The notes below the pieces were generated by a model. It did no database searches. It saw only the letters and a program-made list of their open reading frames with translations, and was not told where the DNA came from. Source: Sulfurimonas sp. (GTDB lineage: Bacteria > Campylobacterota > Campylobacteria > Campylobacterales > Sulfurimonadaceae). Taken from it: 64,000 nt of DNA. Within the stretch, counting starts at the first letter, position 1; each line of letters starts with the position of its first letter. Where the stretch lies: positions 133,380 to 197,379 of the forward strand of contig JBAZIE010000001.1 in NCBI GenBank assembly GCA_041652055.1, written 5' to 3'. Made by a program: the position numbers and the translations under genes. Positions 49,407-58,149 of this stretch are shown here, one piece after another.

Positions 49407-49520
49407 CACTGAAACGAACTCGTCCGTTTCAGTGGCAGCTGCTTATGTCCCTACAACCCCCTTAGCATGGAGTATGCCATTGGTTAGCATACCTAAAAGC
49501 TACGAAAAACTTGTTTTTCG
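49407..49520. other. Structured intergenic segment with three hairpins
   Basis: CACTGAAACG/CGTTTCAGTG (49407-49434), GTATGC/GCATAC (49472-49492), CGAAAAAC/GTTTTTCG (49503-49520). Confidence 0.6.
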
Positions 49521-49560
49521 AGAATTTCAAGATGCTTGGCGTTCTTATTGACAAAGTTCA

Positions 49561-49589
49561 TTGACAAAAAAAAATTTATTTTATACAAT
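49561..49589 (+). promoter_or_regulatory. Sigma-70-type promoter
   Basis: TTGACA-17 nt-TACAAT upstream of the FMN-binding gene; an A9 run begins in the -35 box and extends into the spacer. Confidence 0.65.
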
Positions 49590-49616
49590 CTGCAAAACTT
49601 AGGAGCACTTCTTATT

Positions 49617-50144
49617 ATGAAACAACTTTTACTATATCTTCTTATTTTTTTGGCACTTCCCCTGAGCGCCAAAATGCTTATCTCTCCAATTAATGCTATG
49701 AATCAAAGCTATGGAGCAAAGAGCAAAATTAGCGAAGAGAATATTTTATTGACAAATATTCAGGCAAAAAAAATTCAAGAAGAGTCGAATGTAAAACTTG
49801 ATAGTAATATTTTTAAAGTGTTCAAAGCCCAACTGAGCGGCAAAACAGTGGGTTACGGTGTTTTAATCAACAGAAAAATACGCTCAAAAAATGGTGTTGT
49901 TCTCTACTTAATCTCATCAGACTCTGTTTTAAAAAGCATAGAGGTTATAGCTTTTAATGAACCAATGGAGTATGTGCCTTCAAAAAAGTGGATGTCGCAA
50001 TTTGAGAACGTAAACAGCAATACGCCGCTAAATCTCTCTAAAGATATCCCGACCATAACCGGTGCAACGCTGAGTGCTAAAAGTTTTGTCGACGGCTCAA
50101 AAATAGCTTTTGCTCTTTACAATGAAGTTTTAAAAGGCAAATAG
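49617..50144 (+). CDS. Exported FMN-binding (flavinylation target) protein
   Basis: Signal peptide MKQLLLYLLIFLALPLSA; F.EP.EY; W..QF; flavinylation motif TITGATLS. Confidence 0.85.
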   Translation: MKQLLLYLLIFLALPLSAKMLISPINAMNQSYGAKSKISEENILLTNIQAKKIQEESNVKLDSNIFKVFKAQLSGKTVGYGVLINRKIRSKNGVVLYLISSDSVLKSIEVIAFNEPMEYVPSKKWMSQFENVNSNTPLNLSKDIPTITGATLSAKSFVDGSKIAFALYNEVLKGK

Positions 50145-50617
50145 TGAAATTTACCGTCATAAAAAATCTTCAAAAAGACAGCGCTATGAGCCTTATTTTA
50201 AAAGGCTTTCTTTTTTTTATACTCCTCTACATCGTATCAGATATTTTTGTTATGAAAGAGAGTTTCGGAATATCTGCAGAGGCTCTGCACTCAACGCTTT
50301 TTGGGAATGAAGAGGCTTACATAGACCCGATAAACGAAGCATCTTTTTTGGAGTTTTGGCACACGCAGATTTTCTTTATCATGATGATTCTGCTCACACT
50401 CAGCGCAGTTTTTATAAGGGTTGCAAAAAGAAGCAGAAATATCCTTACAAATATTCTTATGATTAGCGCCATAGCGTCACTTGTCTCGCTTCCTTTGGCA
50501 TATTACACCTCAAAATTTTTTATAAATATCTATGTGATAAGCTATTTTCTCTGGCATCTTGTCGCAATTTATATGATTTTCTACTCTTTTTGGAAGCTAA
50601 ATGCAAGAAGCGTATAA
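50144..50617 (+). CDS. 4-TM membrane protein, paralog A
   Basis: GTG start overlaps the upstream stop (TAGTG); FGNEEAYI loop; His in FWHTQ and LWHLV. Confidence 0.8.
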   Translation: MKFTVIKNLQKDSAMSLILKGFLFFILLYIVSDIFVMKESFGISAEALHSTLFGNEEAYIDPINEASFLEFWHTQIFFIMMILLTLSAVFIRVAKRSRNILTNILMISAIASLVSLPLAYYTSKFFINIYVISYFLWHLVAIYMIFYSFWKLNARSV

Positions 50618-51047
50618 ACTCTCCATCCTCTACTATCTAGCTTTTTCGCTGCTTTTGATTGTAAGTGCGATTATGCTCTTTGAGCACAAAATAGGCTTTA
50701 GCTTTAGCAGTGTTTTGGAGTATTACACTGGCAATGAAGAGAAATTTATTCCTGCTCAGAGTGCAGGCGGGATTTTAAAGATAGTATTGCCTCATATTTT
50801 TGTATTTGGGCTTTTTGCGATGGTGCTTTTGCACTTTTTGGTCTTTGCCGATTTGAGATACAAAGAAAACATAACTCTTTTGATTTATGCCGCTTTTGGC
50901 GTCGCACTGCTTGAAATTTTCACGCCGTTTATGATTATCGGCGGATTTGAGTTCTTTGCATACGTAAAACTCTTCTCATTTTTTGCCTTTTTATCTCTAC
51001 TGCTCTATATCTCTTGGCTGCTTTTTCAAAGTATCGCCAAAGAGTAG
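50601..51047 (+). CDS. 4-TM membrane protein, paralog B
   Basis: Overlaps paralog A; TGNEEKFI loop; His in LPHIF and LLHF. Confidence 0.8.
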   Translation: MQEAYKLSILYYLAFSLLLIVSAIMLFEHKIGFSFSSVLEYYTGNEEKFIPAQSAGGILKIVLPHIFVFGLFAMVLLHFLVFADLRYKENITLLIYAAFGVALLEIFTPFMIIGGFEFFAYVKLFSFFAFLSLLLYISWLLFQSIAKE

Positions 51048-51965
51048 ATTTTTTGCATATTTAGTTATATTTTTACTTATAACAATCTCTTCATCACTCT
51101 GCATAATGATATAACCTACTCCAAGAACGTCTAAAAACTCATAAGCAGTCTTTATCGGCATAACACTCGCAGCAGTGGCATAAGCGTCCAAATCGCTGTT
51201 TGAGAGCTCTCCGATAAGCGTAATAGAGATAAAACATGTTTGCGGTTTTTTGGCTTTAGGGTCTATAAGATGGTTGTTCTTGGTTGATAAAACATATCTG
51301 TTGTAGTTTCCGCTTGTTGAGATGCCTAGATCGCTCTTAGTGCTCTCAAACGACAGCATCTTCTCATCTTCTAAAAAAGGATTTTGAATATCTATCTTAC
51401 ATGTAGAGAGGCAGCGTATGTCTCCGCTTAGAGAAATCACCGCCTCTATAGTGTCTTTGCTTCTAAAATACTCAGCCACTTTATCAACTGCAAAACCCTT
51501 TCCCATTCCGCCCAAATCAACCTTTATGCCATCGTCTATAAAAGCCTCTTTTTCATTAAACCGCAAAGCATTGAAAGCGACTTTTGCATCCTGAAGTTCA
51601 AGTGACGTCGGCACTCTCTGGCTCTCTCCAAATCGGTACAAATCTTTTGTTATGGAGCCGACCGTAATGTCAAAATATCCGTCAGTTGCCGCGTAGTACT
51701 TTTTGCATAAACTGAGCGCTTCAAAAAAATAGCCGTCATTTTCTACATGTAGATTTTTATTTAGCAGATATGCACGTGCATTTTTGTTGTATGAGGAGAG
51801 AGACATCTCGATATCTTTCATAATATCAAAGCCGTTATTTACGAGATTTGAGCTCTTTTCATCAACCGAGATAGTTGCAAATGTTGCCATGATTATTTGT
51901 GTGCGAGAGGCAATTTTGGCCTCTAGGAGCCAAAAGATGGATAAAAAGAGAAGCAGGAATTTCAA
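50997..51965 (-). CDS. apbE: FAD:protein FMN transferase
   Basis: Signal peptide; GYFDITVG, DLGGMGKGFAVD, SGDIR, STSGNYNR, HLIDP, DAYATA. Confidence 0.93.
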   Translation of the reverse strand: MKFLLLFLSIFWLLEAKIASRTQIIMATFATISVDEKSSNLVNNGFDIMKDIEMSLSSYNKNARAYLLNKNLHVENDGYFFEALSLCKKYYAATDGYFDITVGSITKDLYRFGESQRVPTSLELQDAKVAFNALRFNEKEAFIDDGIKVDLGGMGKGFAVDKVAEYFRSKDTIEAVISLSGDIRCLSTCKIDIQNPFLEDEKMLSFESTKSDLGISTSGNYNRYVLSTKNNHLIDPKAKKPQTCFISITLIGELSNSDLDAYATAASVMPIKTAYEFLDVLGVGYIIMQSDEEIVISKNITKYAKNLLFGDTLKKQPRDIEQ

Positions 51966-51968
51966 AAT

Positions 51969-52997
51969 TTAGATAGTAATCATTTCGTTGATTTCAAGCC
52001 CGAAACCGCTAAGACCTACAAACTCAGTATGGCTGAGCGAAGAGATAAGGTTCATTTTTGAAACACCGAAAGATTTTAGTATCTGCGCGCCGATTCCAAA
52101 CTCTTTAATCGCCGCATTGTCATTGTGTGTCGGCTTATTTATAAAGATAAGAACACCGCTGTTTTGTTTTAAATACTCTATCGAAGAGACAAGATTGTTA
52201 TACTTTTTTTGGTTTAGCAGAAGTTCGATGTCGGGAATTATATTGTGCACTCTCACATTGGCAACAGAAGTTACTTTATGAAACACAATGGCCGTATGTT
52301 CAATGGCGTCATGATCTCTAAATATATGTTTTTTAACTTTTGTACCAAAAAACTCTATCTCCTCTACTTCTACCTCACTCACCAGCCTCTCGTTTGCAAG
52401 GCGATACTCAACGATATCTGAGATAAATACTGTTTTTAGAGCGTGTTTTTCTCCAAAAATATCCAAGTCGTCACGTCTAGCCATTGTGCCGTCTTCTTTG
52501 ATGATTTCACAGATAACCGATGATTCGCTAAGTCCAGCCAAGCGACACAAATCTACCGAGCCCTCAGTATGTCCGGTTCTAACTAGAGTTCCACCCTCTT
52601 TTGCGATAAGGGGAAATATATGCCCAGGTTTTACAAGCTCGTCTGCATGGCTTATAGGATTTGCCAAAATCTTGATAGTATCATCTCTCTCGCCTGCCGA
52701 GATACCCGTAAGTGCATTTTTTGCATCAACCGAGACAGTAAATGCCGTCTCATACGAAGATGTATTTGAGCTTACCATTGGATTTAGCTCTAGTCTTGTT
52801 GCGATATTTCTGCTGATTGCAACACAGATAAGACCTCTTGCGTGAGTAGCCATAAAGTTGACATGTGCAGGAGTTGAAAAAGCAGCGGCATAAACCAAAT
52901 CGCCCTCATTTTCTCTATCCTCGTCATCAATCATGATGACCATGCGCCCTCTTTTAATCTCCTCAATAGCTTCTAATACTCTTTGTGTAGGTGTCAT
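51969..52997 (-). CDS. ribB: DHBP synthase with a degenerate GTP cyclohydrolase II domain (RibBX)
   Basis: DDEDRENEGD, GLICV, FTVSVDA, PGHIFPL, RTGHTE; the C-terminal domain lacks the Zn-binding cysteines. Confidence 0.92.
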   Translation of the reverse strand: MTPTQRVLEAIEEIKRGRMVIMIDDEDRENEGDLVYAAAFSTPAHVNFMATHARGLICVAISRNIATRLELNPMVSSNTSSYETAFTVSVDAKNALTGISAGERDDTIKILANPISHADELVKPGHIFPLIAKEGGTLVRTGHTEGSVDLCRLAGLSESSVICEIIKEDGTMARRDDLDIFGEKHALKTVFISDIVEYRLANERLVSEVEVEEIEFFGTKVKKHIFRDHDAIEHTAIVFHKVTSVANVRVHNIIPDIELLLNQKKYNNLVSSIEYLKQNSGVLIFINKPTHNDNAAIKEFGIGAQILKSFGVSKMNLISSLSHTEFVGLSGFGLEINEMITI

Positions 52998-53086
52998 ATA
53001 TACTCTTTATTTTGATTGCTCGAATTATATATAAATGTTGATTAATTTTAGTTCAAACCGCTTTTTGCGATTTGATGTTAACTTCC

Positions 53087-53115
53087 TTGACAAAGTCAGC
53101 TTATTTGCCTATAAT
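53087..53115 (+). promoter_or_regulatory. Consensus sigma-70 promoter of the tRNA cluster
   Basis: TTGACA-17 nt-TATAAT. Confidence 0.85.
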
Positions 53116-53153
53116 TCCACTCCAATAACCAAGCTAGCCTTGTTTGTAAGTAA

Positions 53154-53230
<77 letters not shown>

Positions 53231-53250
53231 ATTCTTTCACTTTTCATTGT

Positions 53251-53325
53251 TGGGGTATAGCCAAGCGGTAAGGCAACTGGTTTTGGTCCAGTCATTCAGG
53301 GGTTCGAATCCCTTTACCCCATCCA
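53251..53325 (+). tRNA. tRNA-Gln (TTG)
   Basis: TGGGGTATAGCCAAGCGGTAAGGC..., anticodon arm ACTGG-TTTTGGT-CCAGT, GTTCGAATC, CCA. Confidence 0.96.
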
Positions 53326-53429
53326 CTTTCAATAATCTCATTATTGATTTTTGTTTAATCGAGGCAAAATTGAGCGAAGCATACTGTAGTATGTGAGTGA
53401 AATTTTAACGAAGAGTAAACTAAAAAGAC

Positions 53430-53506
<77 letters not shown>

Positions 53507-53687
53507 AAAACCTTATAAACACGGGCTTTCTAGCCTCTTTCAAATTTTTTTTCAAAAATGCTTTCCCAACCTATTTCTAGCCATAGTTATAATTTCGTCC
53601 ATTCAACAACCAAACTAAAAAGCGACTAATTCAGGAAAGGTTTATAAAAGAGTCTGTATTATAAAAAAATTATATGAGGTGGTGCTA

Positions 53688-54107
53688 ATGCAACTTACAA
53701 AACAAATCCTAAAACTTTCACTTGCAGTCCCTTTTGTGCTTTTATTAAACGGATGCTTTGACGAAACAGTAAAGTGCTCTGATGAAATGGTAAAAGAGAC
53801 TATCAAAGAAATATATACTGAACAGATACAAAGTGGTGCCAGCAATCCACTATTAGCGGCAATGTCAGCAAACTTTCCAAATCTAATATCCATAGAGTCT
53901 ATTCGTCCCATCTCTTACAACAAAGAAGTAAAAATGCGTGAATGTAAAGCGGTTATGCATTTTGAAAATGAGACAACGGCGGATTTAAGCTACACTATTC
54001 AAACAAATGAAGATAATGGTGACGACTACTATATTGAACTTGATAAAGCTTTTTTAGAGAGCCTTATTATGTCCAGCATGATGAGTGGGCTTGGCTCTAA
54101 CAAATAG
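53688..54107 (+). CDS. Hypothetical lipoprotein
   Basis: Lipobox LLNGC; GAGGT RBS; two further cysteines (KCS, REC). Confidence 0.78.
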   Translation: MQLTKQILKLSLAVPFVLLLNGCFDETVKCSDEMVKETIKEIYTEQIQSGASNPLLAAMSANFPNLISIESIRPISYNKEVKMRECKAVMHFENETTADLSYTIQTNEDNGDDYYIELDKAFLESLIMSSMMSGLGSNK

Positions 54108-54109
54108 AG

Positions 54110-54971
54110 CTAAGCTTACTTTCTTAACGATAAACTCTCTTTAAGATATCCATTTAACTGGTATCGCATCGCCGTTGAATAGATATCACCCTATATTTTT
54201 TATCTCTTTTTTTAACTTAATGGTGAGCTTCGGCGGATTTTCATTGCCAACAAGCGGTTCGATTGTTGAAAGAGATTCTATTGGAAGCGGTAGAGTGTTT
54301 AGTTTTACTAAAAAACCATCCATATCCCCAAAAGATTCCGACATTGCAAAACATGGTAGCGTTTTAGTATCGCTATATCCATCTATTGCGCCTGATGTCT
54401 GCGTAACGCCTCATAGCCTAAGCTTTGTATAAACTCTGTAGTCTCAGCGCTATACTCTCCAAACGGATAAGAGAAGAGTTTTGGGTTTTGGTTTGTTTTG
54501 GCTCCAAGCTCATCTTGAAGTCTCTTTTGGGCAATCTCTATCTCGCGCCCTATCCTGTTCTGCTATGCTTTTTTATCCTCGTCATCTCTTGAAACAAGAT
54601 AGTCGTGGCTTATTGAATGGTTTGTAAAAACCGTGAAAAGAAGGTTGAGTTTTTTAAGCCTTGAAAATGCCTCCGTATATATGCTTTTATAAGCAGCATC
54701 AACGGTAAGTGCGACTGTCTTTTGAGGTATTATTTTTTTCTCCAAAATATATCTTATAATCTAAGAAAGAGGTCAGACCTGATAGCTGTTTTGTGAGAGA
54801 TACTCAAGATGCTCCTCAAACTGCTCTAGTCTGATATTTATAAGAGGGATATTTAGTTTCGCCAAAACGGTGATACATAAAGACTACTGCACTCTAGCTC
54901 TCTTGGCTCTTTGCAAACAAAACGCTTTCAAAGAGCAACGAAAATAAAAAAACCAATAATACTTTTTTCAT
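54110..54971 (-). pseudogene. Polysaccharide deacetylase (NodB/CE4) pseudogene
   Basis: Manual reading: signal peptide, TAG, VFMYHRFG, frameshift, QV*PLS*, TVALTVDAAY, NHSISH, stop, FSYPFGEY. The 3' boundary is approximate. Confidence 0.85.
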
Positions 54972-55003
54972 ATCTTATATCTTATATCCCGCCTTTTCTT
55001 TTA

Positions 55004-56340
55004 CTATAACAAAATTATTGTTGCCAATCCTAAAAAACTAAAAAAGCCCACCATGTCCGTAACGGTTGTCAAAAGTACGGAAGAACCTACTGCAGGGTCG
55101 ATATCTGCTTTTTGCAAAACCAGCGGTATAACTGAACCAAAAAAACCTGCCGAGATAAGGTTTATAACCATTGAAGCGGCAATAACAACTCCAAGCATGG
55201 GAATAGAAAACCAAAACCACGCTATCAGCCCCATAACTACGGCAAATATCATACCGTTCATAAGCGAGAGGTAAACCTCTTTTTTTATAGTCCTTTTTGC
55301 ATCTTTCGTGCTGATTTCGCCAAGAGCCATCTGTCTTACCGTAACCGTCAGCGTTTGCGTTCCGGCATTTCCACCCATTGAAGCGACTATTGGCATAAGA
55401 ATAGCAAGTGCTACGAGTGATTGAAGTGTAGCATCAAAAAGCCCTATAACGGCAGAAGCGGCAATCGCCGTAAAGAGATTTATGCCAAGCCAAAATGCAC
55501 GGTGCTTTCCTATATGAAAAAGGCTCTCCTCTTGCTCCGCTTCATCATTAACGCCGGCAAGATTGTAGAGCTGCCCTGTTGCACGCTCTTCTATAATATC
55601 GTAGATATCATCAGAGGTGATACGCCCAAGAAGTTTGCCGCTAACATCTACAACAGGAATAACGCCCATATCATAATTTGACGCTACCTCTACGACATCA
55701 TGAATATCATCCAGCGCATGAACTGAGACCGTGTTACGCCCTCTTCCACAAGTTTGCTGTAGTTTACGTTTGGACCGAGCAAAATCAAATCTTCAAGCGG
55801 AATTGAGCCCAAAAAGTCATTTTCTCTTGTAATAACATAAACTTGATAGACACTGTCTAGCTCTTTTTGCGCTTTGAGACGTTTTAATCTATGAATAGAC
55901 TCTCCGACCTGCTCATCTATAAAAGCTGAGAAAAGCTCGGTCTGCATGTATGCACCCGCCTCATCCTCCTCATACGAGATAAGAGCTTCGAGGTTTCGCC
56001 TGTCTTCGTGCGGTAAACTCTGAAGAACCTCCTCTGCAACGTCCTCATCTACATCTTCAATATTTCGGATAAGTTCTGCGGCATCGTCGGTGTCAAGAGT
56101 GTTTGTCAGTCCTGCAAGCTCATCCGCACTAAAGTGCTCGACTATCTCCTCATGACAATGGCGCGGAAGCTCAATCATTACCTGCGCTTGAAGCTCTTGC
56201 GGGATTTTTGAGAGCTCCTCTAGGTAAATTTTCTCATCATACTCGCGCAGATCAAGCAGAAGCTCTGCAATGTCGTAAGGGTGCGAATTTGCATCAATTT
56301 CACGGAGTTGTTGGATTAGCTCTTGCGGTGATAGTTTCAC
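55004..56340 (-). pseudogene. mgtE: Magnesium transporter MgtE, split by a 1-nt frameshift near 55739-55741
   Basis: N-domain/CBS ORF 55690-56340 (HPYDIA, DDAA, AGAYM) plus TM ORF 55004-55669 (GRITSDD, ASMGGNAG, DPAVGSS, TVTD). Adding one base restores EEGRNTVSVHALDDIHDV. Confidence 0.85.
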
Positions 56341-56795
56341 ATTAACTCCTCTCTTTTATTTTTTATATCCATCTGCATAAGATATGCATCACATCCGTCA
56401 CCGTAAAACTCTTTTATGGTTTTTTTTGTCTTAAATCCGCTTTTTTTATAGAGCGATATCGCTTTCTCATTATCTATACGGACTTCAAGTAAAATACTTT
56501 TAAAACCCAGTGTCGCCAACTCTTTAAAAACAGATTCTAAAAGTTTGTTGGCAATCTTTTTGCCTCTGTGCGTTTTATCCACTCCTATTGAGTAGAGCTT
56601 TGCATCTCTTCGTTTGACAAGAACCAGCACATAACCTGCAACACCTCCATCAATCTCAAAGAGATATAACATGTTGTTTTTTACATGGTATCTCAAAGAG
56701 CCGTAGGAGAGCGGAAAATTCTCTTTTGAAAATAGCTTCTTCTCCAGCTCATAGAGCTTTTTCGCATCACTCCCCAAAGCTCTGCGGATTGTCAT
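56337..56795 (-). CDS. GNAT N-acetyltransferase (RimI-like)
   Basis: LYSIGV...RGKKIA, LEVR.DN..AISLYKK.GF, FYGDG.DA. Confidence 0.88.
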   Translation of the reverse strand: MTIRRALGSDAKKLYELEKKLFSKENFPLSYGSLRYHVKNNMLYLFEIDGGVAGYVLVLVKRRDAKLYSIGVDKTHRGKKIANKLLESVFKELATLGFKSILLEVRIDNEKAISLYKKSGFKTKKTIKEFYGDGCDAYLMQMDIKNKREELM

Positions 56796-57772
56796 TTTTG
56801 ATAAATTGTATACTTTGGAACAAGTTTAAACGGACGATAAGACATTTTAACCTTACGAAGGTTTTCAAATCCCATATCATCGCCGACATTTATATACTCT
56901 ACTCCGTAGTGTTCTTTAAGCATTTTTGAAAACTCTCTAAATATAAACTGCGCACATCCAAGAACTTCAAAATCAGTTTTTTCTATAATGACGGTAGCAG
57001 TGTCTTGACTTATTCTCTCGCCAACCGTAAAGCCTTTTAACTCGCCGTTAATGTAGATAACGAGCCCTATGAGAGAAAGCTCATCATAGTGTTTAAACAT
57101 CTGTTTTATAGCATGTCTTTCTTGATGAATGCCTTCCAAAAAGACTTCCGCTTCTTCTTTAGGCATATATTTAACTCTATCAGAGACCCATTTATCAAAA
57201 AGGTGCATAATCCCCTCTTTGTGTTTTACGCTATCCAATTGCTCGATAACATAGTCAGGATAAGACTTCATAAACTTGTTTATCTCTGTTCGTTTTGTGT
57301 GATAGCTGTTTCCGCGAAGCTCGATAAGGGCATTTATTTCATAAACATAATCGACAAGCTTCTTCTCTACAAGATAGTTCTCAAGCATCTGAAACATGCT
57401 CTCAGCCTCATCGGCAGACTGTACAAAATCCTCAATCATTGCAGCTTGAACATAGTCAATACGGGAGTAGTACGGAGAAGAGTTGTTGGCATTCATAACT
57501 TCGAAGCATTTTATCATCGCATCTGTGGCATTTTTTTTCTTTCCCAAAGGTGGCAGAAGCATAGTTAGTTCCCCGCCTGTCATGATAAACAGACAAAAAC
57601 ACTTATTTATAATAGCATAAAATCCGCTACTGTTTGCAAGCCAGATATAATTTGCGGCAAATGTATAATCGCTCAAATCCACATCGAGTTTTGAGAGATA
57701 TTTTTCCATAATAGGTTTTGTAGTAATCGTAAAGCGTTTTAATTTCTGTTTATTAACTGTTAGGCTGCCCAT
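56792..57772 (-). CDS. DUF2156 protein (soluble tandem-GNAT fold related to the MprF C-terminal domain)
   Basis: SDYTFA..YIW, DYVY...LIELRG, KR.EINKF, FTVGE, IEK, IN.GDDMG.E.LRKVKMSYRP. Confidence 0.85.
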   Translation of the reverse strand: MGSLTVNKQKLKRFTITTKPIMEKYLSKLDVDLSDYTFAANYIWLANSSGFYAIINKCFCLFIMTGGELTMLLPPLGKKKNATDAMIKCFEVMNANNSSPYYSRIDYVQAAMIEDFVQSADEAESMFQMLENYLVEKKLVDYVYEINALIELRGNSYHTKRTEINKFMKSYPDYVIEQLDSVKHKEGIMHLFDKWVSDRVKYMPKEEAEVFLEGIHQERHAIKQMFKHYDELSLIGLVIYINGELKGFTVGERISQDTATVIIEKTDFEVLGCAQFIFREFSKMLKEHYGVEYINVGDDMGFENLRKVKMSYRPFKLVPKYTIYQK

Positions 57773-58149
57773 TTAAATCCTTTTTAGTAGTAAATATTAG
57801 CGAAATAATACATCTTTTTTTTGCATTTGCAGTAGTGATTTTTCACTCTTTTAACAAGCTTATATTATAGTAATTTTTTTCTTATTTATATTTAATGTTT
57901 TTTCACCAAGTTATATAAAAAGATGTAGATAAAACAGTAGAATTTTTGGATGTAGATATGGTGTTGACATATAAATTTTAAAAATATATAGTGTACTTTA
58001 TTTTGCATATTTGACAACTACCAAATAGATGTTTGATATGGGTGATGCAAATCAAATCCCAAAAAGTCTGTAAAAAGGCTAAAAGTCACTCTTTATCTAA
58101 ACTCTACTTTTGTGGTAAAATTGACATAAACCTAAGTCATGGAGCCGTT

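Noticed and set aside
49396-49440. CTGATG...GAAAC as a hammerhead ribozyme
   Set aside because: The core needs CUGANGA but the sequence is CTGATGT, and GAAAC is sequestered in a simple hairpin
49617-51965. FMN-binding gene plus apbE as part of an Rnf/Nqr or Nos cluster
   Set aside because: No RnfABCDE, Nqr or Nos genes are nearby, and the membrane pair lacks the Cys-containing RnfA/E motifs
52998-53150. FMN riboswitch upstream of ribBX
   Set aside because: No RFN consensus visible; the region is short and holds the divergent tRNA promoter
54175-54745. ORFs 54175-54432(+) and 54563-54745(-) as independent genes
   Set aside because: They are an antisense shadow and an internal fragment of the deacetylase pseudogene
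54770-54780. In-frame TGA in the deacetylase as selenocysteine
   Set aside because: It is accompanied by TAG stops, a frameshift and a deletion, and the context (QV*PL) fits a mutated Trp codon
57773-58149. M-box/Mg riboswitch upstream of the mgtE-containing operon
   Set aside because: Very AT-rich with no recognisable conserved helices; only a short GATGTAGATA duplication
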